Source: Lentisphaerota bacterium (GTDB taxonomy: Bacteria > Verrucomicrobiota > Lentisphaeria > Oligosphaerales > Oligosphaeraceae). From it: a stretch of DNA of 26,324 nt. A program made the position numbers and the translations under genes. Shown in pieces: positions 16,888 through 26,261 of the stretch (its first letter is position 1; every line of letters starts with the position of its first letter). The stretch spans positions 1-26,324 of the forward strand of contig JAAZIY010000352.1 of the NCBI GenBank assembly GCA_012800625.1. The letters run 5' to 3'. The notes beneath the pieces are model-generated. The model saw only the letters and a program-made list of their open reading frames with translations, made no database searches and was not told the DNA's origin.

Positions 16888-17823
16888 ATGCCTTCGTGTC
16901 CCCTTCCCCCCCGTTCTATTGTTATGTCTACTGAATCTAAAACCGCCTCCTGTGGTTTAGCTCACCCCGAGTGGTACAAGGTGGCCTTTAAGGGCGGCAA
17001 AGAACGCCTTGCCATGCGCAGCTTGTTGCGAGACAGCAAGCTGCATAGCGTGTGCGAAAGCGCGCGCTGTCCCAATCTCTGCGATTGCTGGAAACGACAG
17101 ACCGCCACCTTTATGATTCTGGGAGAACAGTGCACGCGCAATTGCCGCTTTTGCGCGGTGAATCATGGCAAGCCGGCGGCGCCGGATCCCGATGAGCCGC
17201 AACGCATCGCCGAGGCGGTCGCGACTCTGAAGCTGCGCTATGTCGTCATTACCTGCGTCACCCGGGACGATTTGCCCGACGGTGGCGCCGCCATGATGGC
17301 GGCCTGCATCAGGGCGGTCAGACAAAAAAGCCCGGACTGCAAAGTGGAGGTCCTTTGTTCCGACTATGCCGGCAGCAAAACGGCCTTACAGCTGGTTTTG
17401 CAGGAAAAACCCCAGGTTTTTGCTCATAATCTTGAGACTGTGCGCCGCCTGAGCGCCAGCATACGTCCGCAGGCCGACTACGAGCGCAGCCTGCAAGTGC
17501 TGGCCAACGCGGCGCAATGGGCAAGGCATTCGGAGGGCTTGCCGAAAATTAAGTCCGGACTGATGCTGGGGCTGGGCGAGAGCGAGCAAGAGCTGCGCCA
17601 GTGCTTGGCTGATCTGCGCGACAGCGGCGTGCAGATACTTACACTGGGACAGTACCTGCAGCCTAGCCATGAACAGGTGCCGGTGCAGAGACATGTCTCA
17701 CCAGAGGAGTTTGAAGGCTGGAAAAACTGCGCCGAAAAGGAATTCGGCTTCCATATGGCGGTGGCCGGACCACTAATCCGCAGCTCCTATCTTGCCGAAG
17801 AGGCCTATCTGGCCGTGAAATAA
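16888..17823 (+). CDS. lipA: Lipoyl synthase
   Basis: CESARCPNLCDC (auxiliary cluster), CTRNCRFC (radical SAM), VTRDDLPDGGA, HNLETV, LTLGQYLQPS and RSSY. Confidence 0.97.
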   Translation: MPSCPLPPRSIVMSTESKTASCGLAHPEWYKVAFKGGKERLAMRSLLRDSKLHSVCESARCPNLCDCWKRQTATFMILGEQCTRNCRFCAVNHGKPAAPDPDEPQRIAEAVATLKLRYVVITCVTRDDLPDGGAAMMAACIRAVRQKSPDCKVEVLCSDYAGSKTALQLVLQEKPQVFAHNLETVRRLSASIRPQADYERSLQVLANAAQWARHSEGLPKIKSGLMLGLGESEQELRQCLADLRDSGVQILTLGQYLQPSHEQVPVQRHVSPEEFEGWKNCAEKEFGFHMAVAGPLIRSSYLAEEAYLAVK

Positions 17824-17846
17824 AAATCAGCCCCCGGGAGCCGGCC

Positions 17847-18215
17847 ATGAATTTCTACACCATAGTACGCCCCGAGCATCTTAATCACTATAACTACTTG
17901 TTTGGCGGGGTCTTGCTGCGCTGGGTGGACGAGTTCGCCTACCTGGCCGCAGTGCGCGAGTTCCCCGCCGCCCGCTTTGTCACCCGCGCCATGCATGAGA
18001 TCGAATTCACCAAAAGCGTGAAAAACGGGGCCATGCTCAGGTTCCAGGTGGAACGTGAAAAATGCGGCATTACTTCAGTGAGCTATAGAGTGGTGGTCTA
18101 CGCCAGAGACTTGCAGGAACATGATGAGTATCATGTCTTCGAAAATGTCGTCACCCTGGTCTCATTGACCAAAGAGGGAGAGAAGACCCCGCTGCCGAAA
18201 AATGTGAAAACGTAG
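17847..18215 (+). CDS. Acyl-CoA thioesterase (hotdog fold)
   Basis: VRPEHLNHYNYLFGGVLLRWVDE and FVT....IEF. Confidence 0.88.
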   Translation: MNFYTIVRPEHLNHYNYLFGGVLLRWVDEFAYLAAVREFPAARFVTRAMHEIEFTKSVKNGAMLRFQVEREKCGITSVSYRVVVYARDLQEHDEYHVFENVVTLVSLTKEGEKTPLPKNVKT

Positions 18216-18225
18216 AAGGAGAAAA

Positions 18226-19215
18226 ATGAGGATACTTTTTATTGGCGGTACCGGTAATCTTTCCTTGAGCTGCGCCGAGCTGCTGGCCAGCCGTGGACAT
18301 CAAATCAGCATGCTCAACCGTGGCAAAAGCAAGATCGAGACCCCGTTTGAGCAGATAATTGCCGACCGCAACCAGCCCGGAGCATTGAAAAAAGCCCTGG
18401 AAGACCGGTATTTTGACGTTATCGCCGATTTTATCTGCTTTGATGCCGAGCAGGCGGAAACCGCCTTCGAGGCCTGCAGCGGGCGCTGTGCGCAGTATAT
18501 GCTTGTCAGCACCACCGTCGTGTATGCCAAACCGCATGACAAAATACCGGTGACCGAGCAAAGCCCGCTGGGAAACCGCTTTTCGGCTTATGGCAGAGGA
18601 AAGGAGGCGGCGGAAAAATATTTGTTGGCGAAACTGGCCAGCGAGGGCTTTCCGCTCACCATCGTGCGCCCTTCGCACACATATTCGCAGCGCTGGCTGC
18701 CCAATGTCGTCAATAGCTTGGGTTATACCCTGGCGGCAAGACTGGAGCAGGGCAGGCCGGTCTTTGTGCATGATGACGGCCAGGGGCTGTGGACCTTGAC
18801 CCATGTCAGAGACTTCGCCGTCGGCTTCGCAGGACTCTGCGGCAACCCCAAGAGCATAGGGGAGGCCTACCAGATCACCTCCGACATGGTGCTGACCTGG
18901 AACCAGATCATGCGCGAAACCGCCCTGGCGCTGCAGCTTGACGAGCCTGAAATATTGCATATACCCAGCGAGTTTATAAGCCGTATAAGACCGGAAATGG
19001 CAGACAAGCTTTTTGGCGATAAGGCCTGCGACGGAGTCTTTGACTGCTCGAAGCTGAAAAAACTGGTGCCCGACTTTGACTGCCGCATATCTTTCCGCCA
19101 AGGCATACGCGAGTCGATCGCCTGGTTCAAGGAGGACCAGAGCCGGCAGACAAGCGATCCCGAAGTGGACCTGGTCTTCGACCAGGTCTGCCAGGCCTGG
19201 AAAAAACAAGCTTAG
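18226..19215 (+). CDS. NAD-dependent epimerase/dehydratase (extended SDR)
   Basis: GGTGNLS, LNRG, YGRGK (YxxxK) and IVRPSHTY; AAGGAG SD. Confidence 0.88.
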   Translation: MRILFIGGTGNLSLSCAELLASRGHQISMLNRGKSKIETPFEQIIADRNQPGALKKALEDRYFDVIADFICFDAEQAETAFEACSGRCAQYMLVSTTVVYAKPHDKIPVTEQSPLGNRFSAYGRGKEAAEKYLLAKLASEGFPLTIVRPSHTYSQRWLPNVVNSLGYTLAARLEQGRPVFVHDDGQGLWTLTHVRDFAVGFAGLCGNPKSIGEAYQITSDMVLTWNQIMRETALALQLDEPEILHIPSEFISRIRPEMADKLFGDKACDGVFDCSKLKKLVPDFDCRISFRQGIRESIAWFKEDQSRQTSDPEVDLVFDQVCQAWKKQA

Positions 19216-19250
19216 CTCTCTGTCTAAAAACAGAAAATAAAGAGCGCTAC

Positions 19251-19276
19251 TTTGAACACGAAGGCACACAAAGGGC
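19251..19276 (+). repeat. Dispersed repeat, copy 8
   Basis: TTTGAACACGAAGGCACACAAAGGGC. Confidence 0.7.
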
Positions 19277-19394
19277 TTATCGGGCTTGGCTATTTCGTTT
19301 CGATTTTCCCTTGCAGGGTGACTTTATACATACAGTGAATATACTATGCCATTTGCCTTGAATGTTTTGCCCCAGCCCCATTTCAGGAGTAGAG

Positions 19395-21167
19395 ATGTCG
19401 CGTGAGCTATTTGAGAGGTTTCAACCAGCTTTGTCAGAAGAGGCCTTGTTACAAAACAATTTTTTTGAGCTTTATCCTCATGATGGCGGCGGCAGCTTCG
19501 TACATCGCGAGCTGCTCGGCAGCGTAGATGATCTTCAAATGGCCGATTTTATCCTCCAAGGCGGCGCTTTGGAGCAGTTCGGCAAGCTGCCCAAACTCGA
19601 CTATCATAAATTTGCGCGCTGGCTTCACATCGAGAAGAGCTGCTGGCTGACGCGCATGTATTTTATCGTGCCGCTAGCCAAAAAGTACCGTCTCGAGGGC
19701 AACGAGGAAATAGCCATCCTGCTAAAAGAGCTGCTGCTGGATTTTTATGCCAGTATGCCCGCTCCTCAAGGCGTACAGGCCAATGTGGACTACTGGCGCG
19801 AGATACACCGGCGTCGGGACGAGGACTATAATATGCGCTCCTTTGAGGAATATAGCCGGGATGAACGCGAAATTGATTATAGCTGGTATGACTTCCAACC
19901 GGCCAGCCGACTTATACATAGCCTGCATGCCTTGTACCTGCTGCGCAACTCGCCTTCTATTAATGAGGAGGAATGGCGGCAACTGGCCGATTTTTGCCGG
20001 CTGCACGGCGAAACCCTCTATATACAGGAAAAACACTGCAATGAACTAAAGCGCGGCAACCACCAGGCGCTGAGAGCAACCGCATTGCTCTATGCCGCCG
20101 TGTTCAGCCAGAATCAGGACTGGGCCAGGCTCGGGCTGGAAATCAGCCGCTGGCATCTGAAAAATGATTATTTCGCCGATGGCAGTCTGCGCGAGATCAG
20201 CCCTTCATACCATTGTTTCGAGACCTGGATTTGCCGCGACGCCGCCATCCTGGCGGAGCGTCTGGGCGGCCCTTTTGAGGAGGCGGAGTTGGAGGCTCTG
20301 ATGAAAGCGCTGCAAGCCTGCCGCATCCTCGAAACCCCCAATGGCTATACAGTGGTGCTGAATGACGGCTACCCGGTCAATAATACGGCTTTTATAGACA
20401 GCTTCGCCGGGCTTTTCGAACAGCTGCCAGCGGCGGAGTCGGGCACGCAGCTGCTGGCGGATGCGCAGCTCGCGGTCTGGCGCCAGGGCGATTCATACCT
20501 GCTTTTGGACGCATCCCCCTTTGTCGGACGTTTTTCACATTACCATGCCGGCAAGAATGCGCTCACGCTCTGGGTGAAGGGCGAACCTTTTTTGGTAGAC
20601 AGCGCCTGCTGCAACTACGATGACCCGAAATTCGCGCAGTGGTACAAGCTCACTGAGGCGCATTCCAGTTTGCTTTTGAATGGCAAGCGCGACGCTGAGT
20701 TGGCCGGCACTTATGATTGGCAACAGACGCCTGAGCCTAAACTGGGCGGCTGGGAGAACAACGGCGAGCTGGGGCGACAGCAGATCAGCGCCGAGCTGCG
20801 CTCACCTTGCTGGCCGGGAGCCTGCTGGCAGAGAACCCTGCAGGTGCCTGCCTCGCAAGACGAGCTGGAGATCAACCTGATTGACCGCGTCAGCTGCGGC
20901 GATTGCGAAGCCGAGCTGGTCTTTGTTTTACATCCGCAGGTGCAGACGCAAATGCTGGATGAGGGTATAATACTGAGCAGCGGCAAAGTCAAGCTCATGA
21001 TGCACTGGCTCTGCCTGGAACTGGACTGCCCGGCAAAACCACAGCCCAGCCTGGTTGAAGGCATGGTCTATGAGGACTTCGAGCATCGTCAGTCTAAGCG
21101 CCTTATCCTGAAATTCAACACCGGAGGCAGGCACAGCATCAGAACTAACTTTAAACTAATCGAGTAA
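19395..21167 (+). CDS. Heparinase II/III family polysaccharide lyase-like protein
   Basis: GNHQ, DGSLREISPSYH, SHYHAGKNALTL...FLVDS and AHSSL; ATG 19395 behind AGGAG; no signal peptide seen. Confidence 0.82.
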   Translation: MSRELFERFQPALSEEALLQNNFFELYPHDGGGSFVHRELLGSVDDLQMADFILQGGALEQFGKLPKLDYHKFARWLHIEKSCWLTRMYFIVPLAKKYRLEGNEEIAILLKELLLDFYASMPAPQGVQANVDYWREIHRRRDEDYNMRSFEEYSRDEREIDYSWYDFQPASRLIHSLHALYLLRNSPSINEEEWRQLADFCRLHGETLYIQEKHCNELKRGNHQALRATALLYAAVFSQNQDWARLGLEISRWHLKNDYFADGSLREISPSYHCFETWICRDAAILAERLGGPFEEAELEALMKALQACRILETPNGYTVVLNDGYPVNNTAFIDSFAGLFEQLPAAESGTQLLADAQLAVWRQGDSYLLLDASPFVGRFSHYHAGKNALTLWVKGEPFLVDSACCNYDDPKFAQWYKLTEAHSSLLLNGKRDAELAGTYDWQQTPEPKLGGWENNGELGRQQISAELRSPCWPGACWQRTLQVPASQDELEINLIDRVSCGDCEAELVFVLHPQVQTQMLDEGIILSSGKVKLMMHWLCLELDCPAKPQPSLVEGMVYEDFEHRQSKRLILKFNTGGRHSIRTNFKLIE

Positions 21168-21196
21168 AAAAGACAACGCAAATAATGTGGCGGCTC

Positions 21197-21268
21197 TTTA
21201 GCACACGAAGACACACGAAGGGGAAGGACACGAAGGGACACAAAGGGACACGAAGACACACAAAGGGC
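21197..21268 (+). repeat. Dispersed repeat, copy 9, between convergent heparinase gene and mrdA
   Basis: TTTAGCACACGAAGACACACGAAGGGGAAGGACACGAAGGGACACAAAGGGACACGAAGACACACAAAGGGC. Confidence 0.85.
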
Positions 21269-21284
21269 ATAGGTCTATTTAGGA

Positions 21285-23078
21285 CTAATATTTTTGCAAG
21301 GCGGCCTGCATGAGTTTTTTGAGCAGCGGGGCGGCCACTCGCCCGCCGCCGCCGGCATTTTCCACCAGGGCCAGTCCAATAAATCTCGGCTTTTCGGCGG
21401 GGCTGGCGGCTACACACCAGGCCTGCGGCAGGCGAGCGCCGCCCACTTCGGCGGTGCCGGTTTTACCCAGCATAGTATGTCCCGGGATTTGCAATGCCCG
21501 CCCGGTTCCCTCCGGGGCATAGACGCAGGCCTGCATGCCGGCAATGACTTGGGCCTGAGCCTCGGGTTGCCAGTTGCAGGACTGCAGCAGCTGGCTAGGC
21601 TCGTCCAGGAGCAGCTTCAGCTGCATTTGCTGTCCGGTCAGCAGCATGGCGTATGAGAGTAGCATTTGTAGCGGAGTGACCAGCCATTTTCCCTGGCCTA
21701 TGCCGGCATAGGCCGAGTCGGCCTCGGTCCAGCGTGGCGACTGTTTTTGTGCTTTCAGCCAATGTGGCGAGTAGGCTATGCCCTCGGCTTCCTGCCGGTA
21801 TAAGATCGTGTTCAGTCTTCTGCCGAAGGCAAACAGCTCGGCGAGTTCGTCCCAGCCTTGCGGCCCCATTTTCTGGCCCAGGCGGCAGAAGAAGACATTG
21901 CAGGATTTTGCCAGGGCTTCGACTAGTGCCAGGTCGCCATGCCCCTGGCGTCTATGACAAGCTATGCTGCGTCCGCCGCGCAGTTCCAGGTAGCCGGGAC
22001 AGTGATATGGTTCGTCGCTTTGCAGCAGCCCTTTTTCCAGGGCGTAGAGCGCCATGAATGGCTTGATGGTGGAGCCTGGCGCATACAATCCGGATACGGC
22101 TCGGTTAAATTGCGCTCCCTGTCTGCTCTCCGGCTTATTTGCGTTCAGATCAAAGCCCGGGCAGCTAGCCAGCACGAGGAGCTCGCCGTTTTCGGCGTCA
22201 AGCAGCAGCATGGCGCCTTTGTAATCGTATTCAGCATACATTTCTTCGGCCAGGCTTTGCAGCTCTATGTCTATGGTCAAGAGTATATCATTGCCGTTGA
22301 CGGCTTGTTTGGATTCCAACACGTTATTTCGAAAAGAGAGCACATCGGTTTGCAGCAGTTCACTGCCGCCGGCTCCGCGCAGCTCCGGGTTCAAGAGATA
22401 TTCCAGTCCGCTTTTGCCCACCGGTTCTTTAAAGTTGGCATTCCAGTATTCTTTCAAGTCTGGTGTCTCAGGTTCGCCCAGGCGGGTATAGCCGCGCAAT
22501 TGCGAGGCTAGCCCGGGGTAGGCATACTGTCTTTTCCACGATAGCATGAGCTCGCTGCCGGGAAAGTCAAGCCTGCGGGCGTTCCAGCGCGCCATGGTGT
22601 GCGCGTCCAAGTCCTGCCAGAGCGGGATAGGCATGGGCGTTCGTTTGTTTAGATGCGCGGCGAGCTGCGCGCGGTCTGGCATGAAACGATAGTAGTCTGC
22701 GCCCAGATACAGTGCCAATTCCGAGATGGCACTGCTGATCTTTTCCAGCGTAATGCTTTTGGTGTCCCGCGGGTCGCGGAGCAGGTCTGGCCTGATCACC
22801 AGGCTGTACATGGGCACCGTATAATTAAGCGGTTTACCGTATCTGTCGCAGATCATGCCGCGTTTGGCCGGCACGTAGAGTTTGCGGGTTTGCTGGCGTT
22901 GGCTCTGCTGAGTGAAGCTTTCGCTTTGAAAAATCTGCAGGCTGGCCAGGCAGGCAAGCAACAACAAGCTTAGGGCGGCGAAAAAAAACAAAAGCGCATA
23001 GCTGTTTTTTTGGCGCCGCAGCAGGGTTTTGTCCTGCCTGCTCTCATTTGCAGGGAATGAGCGGTTTTCTATATGCAT
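21285..23078 (-). CDS. mrdA: Class B penicillin-binding protein (PBP2/MrdA-like)
   Basis: N-terminal TM helix, PAKRGMICDR, GKSGLE, catalytic STIK, SCN and KTGT; downstream of mreCD. Confidence 0.88.
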   Translation of the reverse strand: MHIENRSFPANESRQDKTLLRRQKNSYALLFFFAALSLLLLACLASLQIFQSESFTQQSQRQQTRKLYVPAKRGMICDRYGKPLNYTVPMYSLVIRPDLLRDPRDTKSITLEKISSAISELALYLGADYYRFMPDRAQLAAHLNKRTPMPIPLWQDLDAHTMARWNARRLDFPGSELMLSWKRQYAYPGLASQLRGYTRLGEPETPDLKEYWNANFKEPVGKSGLEYLLNPELRGAGGSELLQTDVLSFRNNVLESKQAVNGNDILLTIDIELQSLAEEMYAEYDYKGAMLLLDAENGELLVLASCPGFDLNANKPESRQGAQFNRAVSGLYAPGSTIKPFMALYALEKGLLQSDEPYHCPGYLELRGGRSIACHRRQGHGDLALVEALAKSCNVFFCRLGQKMGPQGWDELAELFAFGRRLNTILYRQEAEGIAYSPHWLKAQKQSPRWTEADSAYAGIGQGKWLVTPLQMLLSYAMLLTGQQMQLKLLLDEPSQLLQSCNWQPEAQAQVIAGMQACVYAPEGTGRALQIPGHTMLGKTGTAEVGGARLPQAWCVAASPAEKPRFIGLALVENAGGGGRVAAPLLKKLMQAALQKY

Positions 23079-23090
23079 GGCAAACTGTGT

Positions 23091-23164
23091 TTTTGGACAC
23101 TAAGACACACTAAGACACACTAAGACACACTAAGACACACTAAGACACACAAAGACACACTAAG
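23091..23164 (+). repeat. Dispersed repeat, copy 10: head plus 6x (T/A)AAGACACAC, between mreD and mrdA
   Basis: TTTTGGACAC, 5x TAAGACACAC, AAAGACACAC, TAAG. Confidence 0.97.
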
Positions 23165-23774
23165 TCCCGCGAGGTTTTTTCGGTTTTTGCAGCAGGTCGA
23201 GCACCGCGAAAAGCAATGGTCCGGCGGCCAGGGCATTCAGAGCAAAAGCCAGGAGCAAATATCGCGGCAGCAGTGCCAAACGCTCTATTAGGCTTAAAGC
23301 GCCGGCAAAAAAGATTAGCTGCAGTGAGAGCAGCGTCGATGTGGCTAGGGCGCAAGCAAAGATGGCCTGCATATATTGCTGCTTCACAGCGCTCAACGCC
23401 GGCTTCGCCAAGGAGAGAATAAAAACGCAGGCCCCAAGCAGAAATACATTGCTGCCCAAGGCCTGAAACTGCAAAGTGTCCAGCATCAACCCGGCTGGCA
23501 GCGCCAGAATCAAAACCCAAGGCAGGCTTAGCCGTAGACTCAGATAGCTGAAGAAGAGCAGGGCGGGATACAGCGGAAGCCCGGCGTAGTAACGCGGCAA
23601 AATCGCCTGCAAGGCAGCAGTATAGGGTAAAAGTAAAACAACAAGGCAAAACGTGACTATATAATGCCAGAGACCGCGCCGCGAAAAGAAGAACTCCCGG
23701 ATAAGCTCAGAGTTGTAGACTATGTGAATCTCGAGCAGGGAGCGCTGGCTTTTGTCGTTGACGGAAATGCGCAT
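23160..23774 (-). CDS. mreD: Rod shape-determining protein MreD-like (start uncertain)
   Basis: Several hydrophobic segments, LPAGLMLDTL..ALGSNVF; lies between mreC and the PBP2 gene. Confidence 0.72.
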   Translation of the reverse strand: MRISVNDKSQRSLLEIHIVYNSELIREFFFSRRGLWHYIVTFCLVVLLLPYTAALQAILPRYYAGLPLYPALLFFSYLSLRLSLPWVLILALPAGLMLDTLQFQALGSNVFLLGACVFILSLAKPALSAVKQQYMQAIFACALATSTLLSLQLIFFAGALSLIERLALLPRYLLLAFALNALAAGPLLFAVLDLLQKPKKPRGT

Positions 23775-23796
23775 TGCAGAAAAGATAATGGGACGG

Positions 23797-23835
23797 TTTT
23801 GGACACGAAGTTACATAAGCGGTCAAAGGACACAA
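23797..23835 (+). repeat. Dispersed repeat, copy 11, between mreC and mreD
   Basis: TTTTGGACACGAAG head, then degenerate units (...CAAAGGACACAA). Confidence 0.65.
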
Positions 23836-23869
23836 TATTTCCAGCGCAGTTGCGGCTGTTCGGTTTTTG

Positions 23870-24721
23870 TCACGGTATGGCGACCAGGACATAACGCAGA
23901 TTCTCGAGGCCAGCTGCCGGATGCACCTGGTAGCGTTTGGCTCCGGCATTGTCGGTTTCGCTGGCGCTGACGCGGCCTATGGGTATGTCATCAAGCAGGT
24001 TTTCGCTGCCCAACGAGCTAGTTAGCACCCAGTCGCCTTCATTAACGCTATCAAAATCGTCGCCGCTGAGGGAGTCCAGCAGCATATCTTGCGGCGGCAA
24101 GAAGAGGTCGGCGCTGCTGTTTGCTGCTCTTGCCGGCCCGTGTATAAGGGCGGCAATGTTTTTTTTTGCCAACTTGCAGGAGAGCGATAGCCTGGGGCTG
24201 CCCACAAGCGTCACCTGTGACTCCTTGGCCGTGGTTTGCGCGACGATGCCGACCAGGCCTTCCGGGCTGAGCACGGCATGTCCCGGCTTAAGTCCGTCGC
24301 TGTGTCCGCGGTCTATCAGGATACTGCCATAATAATCGCTAAGCGGATAGCGTCTTAACACGCGGCAAACGATAAGGGTGTGCGTTTTCGGGCTGCGCTG
24401 CAGGCGCAGCAGGGTTTGCAAGGTGATATTGTCCTGGCGCAATCGCTCGGAGTCGTTTTGGGCGGCATGCAGCTCGATGCGGGTTTGGGCCAGGTCTTGC
24501 AGCAGCGCGTCGCGCTCTTCCAGACTGAAGTTTTCCGGCAGCCCGCCCAGAGCCTCGCGACTGACCCTGGCGCCTATCTCGGCCAGGGTTTTGGCAGGGC
24601 TGCTGGCCAGAGCCAGCAATTCGCGCAGGCGCTGCTGCCTGCCCTCGGGCAAAAAGAAGAGCAGCGCAAGCAGAAGCAGAAAAGCCAGAAAGTAAAAGAT
24701 TTTACTGCTTAGCTTTGACAT
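23870..24721 (-). CDS. mreC: Rod shape-determining protein MreC
   Basis: N-terminal TM helix, coiled coil (LRQDNITLQTLL), ILIDRGHSDGLKPGHAVLSPEGLVGIV, VLTSSLG and IPIGRV. Confidence 0.9.
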   Translation of the reverse strand: MSKLSSKIFYFLAFLLLLALLFFLPEGRQQRLRELLALASSPAKTLAEIGARVSREALGGLPENFSLEERDALLQDLAQTRIELHAAQNDSERLRQDNITLQTLLRLQRSPKTHTLIVCRVLRRYPLSDYYGSILIDRGHSDGLKPGHAVLSPEGLVGIVAQTTAKESQVTLVGSPRLSLSCKLAKKNIAALIHGPARAANSSADLFLPPQDMLLDSLSGDDFDSVNEGDWVLTSSLGSENLLDDIPIGRVSASETDNAGAKRYQVHPAAGLENLRYVLVAIP

Positions 24722-24750
24722 TTTTTCTGTGGCAGGCAGTGGTTTTGCTT

Positions 24751-25935
24751 TTAGTATCCGTATTCGGCCAGGGCCTCGTTGCCCAGTTGGCCGCTGAGCA
24801 GCGCCTTGAGGTCCACGCTGACTCCGCGAGTCACCCCGTCGCTGAGCTGGCTGCCCATTTTCAGGCTTTGCTCGGCGCCTTCGAGCACCAGGCTGGTGTA
24901 GAAGCCCAGGGCGGTGGCGCTCATCATGTCTTGGCGCATCTGCGCGCTCAGTGTGCCCTGCTGCGCGGCCAGGATCTTCTGATAGATACGCCCCGGGCTG
25001 CTAATGCCGTAACCGGTCACACTGCCGTCCTTCTCGAAGTTTCTAAACAGGGGATTGACCTCGAAGATGCCGTCAGGCAAGATTTCACAAAGCCCCGGCT
25101 TGTCGATCTGCAGCTCGAACATGCCTTCGCTGCACACCATTTTACTGGACTGCACCGTCAGGGCATAGGCGGGGTTGGGCAGATGCCAGCCGCTAAGAAT
25201 GTGGGCGCAGGCCCCGTTGTCAAACAGGATTTCAGTGTCGCAGAGGTCATAGCCATTGACCGCGATCGGCTTCAGCGAAGGCATCTTGTGCGAGTAGCCC
25301 GTGGCGCGCACCTCGATGGGCTTCAGGTTGACGATTTTGATAAGGGCGTCGCACATATGCACGGTCAGGAACGAGATAGGCGAGTTTTTCTCGGCGAAGT
25401 CGGCGCTGGCGAAGAAACGCGGCTGGTGATTGGGGTCTGCGACCAGCAGTCTGTCGAGCATAAACCAGGTGCCGCTTTGGAAGCGTCCGTAGATTCCTTT
25501 TTGATAGCGCGCCTCGGCCTCTTTGATGCGCGGGTCTTCGCGCTTGTGGAAGTCGATGCCCATCAGCCTGCCGTTTTGCTTGGCACACTGTATCATGGCA
25601 TGCGCATCTTTGATAGTTGAGGCGGTGGGCTTTGGCACGACCACGTCCATGCCTGCCTGCATGGCGGCTATGGCTGGCGCGGCGTGTATATGGTCCGGCG
25701 TATTGATTTGCGCCACATCGCATTCCACCTTTGCGAACATCTCGGCGTAGTCATTGAAACGGCGTTCTTGCGGAATGTTATAGGTGTCACAGAACCAGTC
25801 CAGGCATTCCTGATTAGGGTCGGCCACGGCGACCACGTCGAAAATATGGCTGTAGTCGCTCTGAAAATACAGATATTGGTATATTTCGCGCACCACCGAC
25901 CCGACACCAACCACGGCAAGACGTAATTTTTCCAT
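24751..25935 (-). CDS. Gfo/Idh/MocA family oxidoreductase
   Basis: LAVVGVG, VAVADPN, INTPDHIH, VVVPKP and GIDFHKRED; ATG 25935 behind AAGGA. Confidence 0.88.
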   Translation of the reverse strand: MEKLRLAVVGVGSVVREIYQYLYFQSDYSHIFDVVAVADPNQECLDWFCDTYNIPQERRFNDYAEMFAKVECDVAQINTPDHIHAAPAIAAMQAGMDVVVPKPTASTIKDAHAMIQCAKQNGRLMGIDFHKREDPRIKEAEARYQKGIYGRFQSGTWFMLDRLLVADPNHQPRFFASADFAEKNSPISFLTVHMCDALIKIVNLKPIEVRATGYSHKMPSLKPIAVNGYDLCDTEILFDNGACAHILSGWHLPNPAYALTVQSSKMVCSEGMFELQIDKPGLCEILPDGIFEVNPLFRNFEKDGSVTGYGISSPGRIYQKILAAQQGTLSAQMRQDMMSATALGFYTSLVLEGAEQSLKMGSQLSDGVTRGVSVDLKALLSGQLGNEALAEYGY

Positions 25936-26050
25936 CTTCAATCCTTTGCATTAGGGCTAAACAAGCTGAAAACACAGCGAAAAAGTAGACACTATAGTGT
26001 AACCGTTTTTTGGCAAAGAACAAACCGGACAAGATAAAAACAGCCTGGGT

Positions 26051-26073
26051 TTTTTGGGACACGAAGCCACACT
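26051..26073 (+). repeat. Dispersed repeat, copy 12
   Basis: TTTTTGGGACACGAAGCCACACT. Confidence 0.7.
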
Positions 26074-26220
26074 CAGCCATATAAAACCCTGCTATGAGCG
26101 CCGCCCTGGGACAAGCCTGCCTGAAGCCGGCACTCCGACCTCATTTTTTCAAAGTCTTGCTTTTCTTCGGGGGTGTAAGTGTCAACGCCGCTCGATTTTC
26201 ATGAAAAAAACGGTTTCGGA

Positions 26221-26250
26221 TTGTAAATTTAGAAGAAAAGCCTATATTAT
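26221..26250 (+). promoter_or_regulatory. Putative sigma70-type promoter of tRNA-Leu
   Basis: TTGTAA (the same -35 as before tRNA-Ser), 18 bp spacer, TATTAT, 11 bp before the tRNA. Confidence 0.55.
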
Positions 26251-26261
26251 TCCTATCACTT

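Noticed and set aside
18151-19269. 372-aa antisense ORF over the epimerase gene
   Set aside because: Shadow ORF with no motifs.
24715-25620. 301-aa antisense ORF over the oxidoreductase gene
   Set aside because: Shadow ORF with no motifs.
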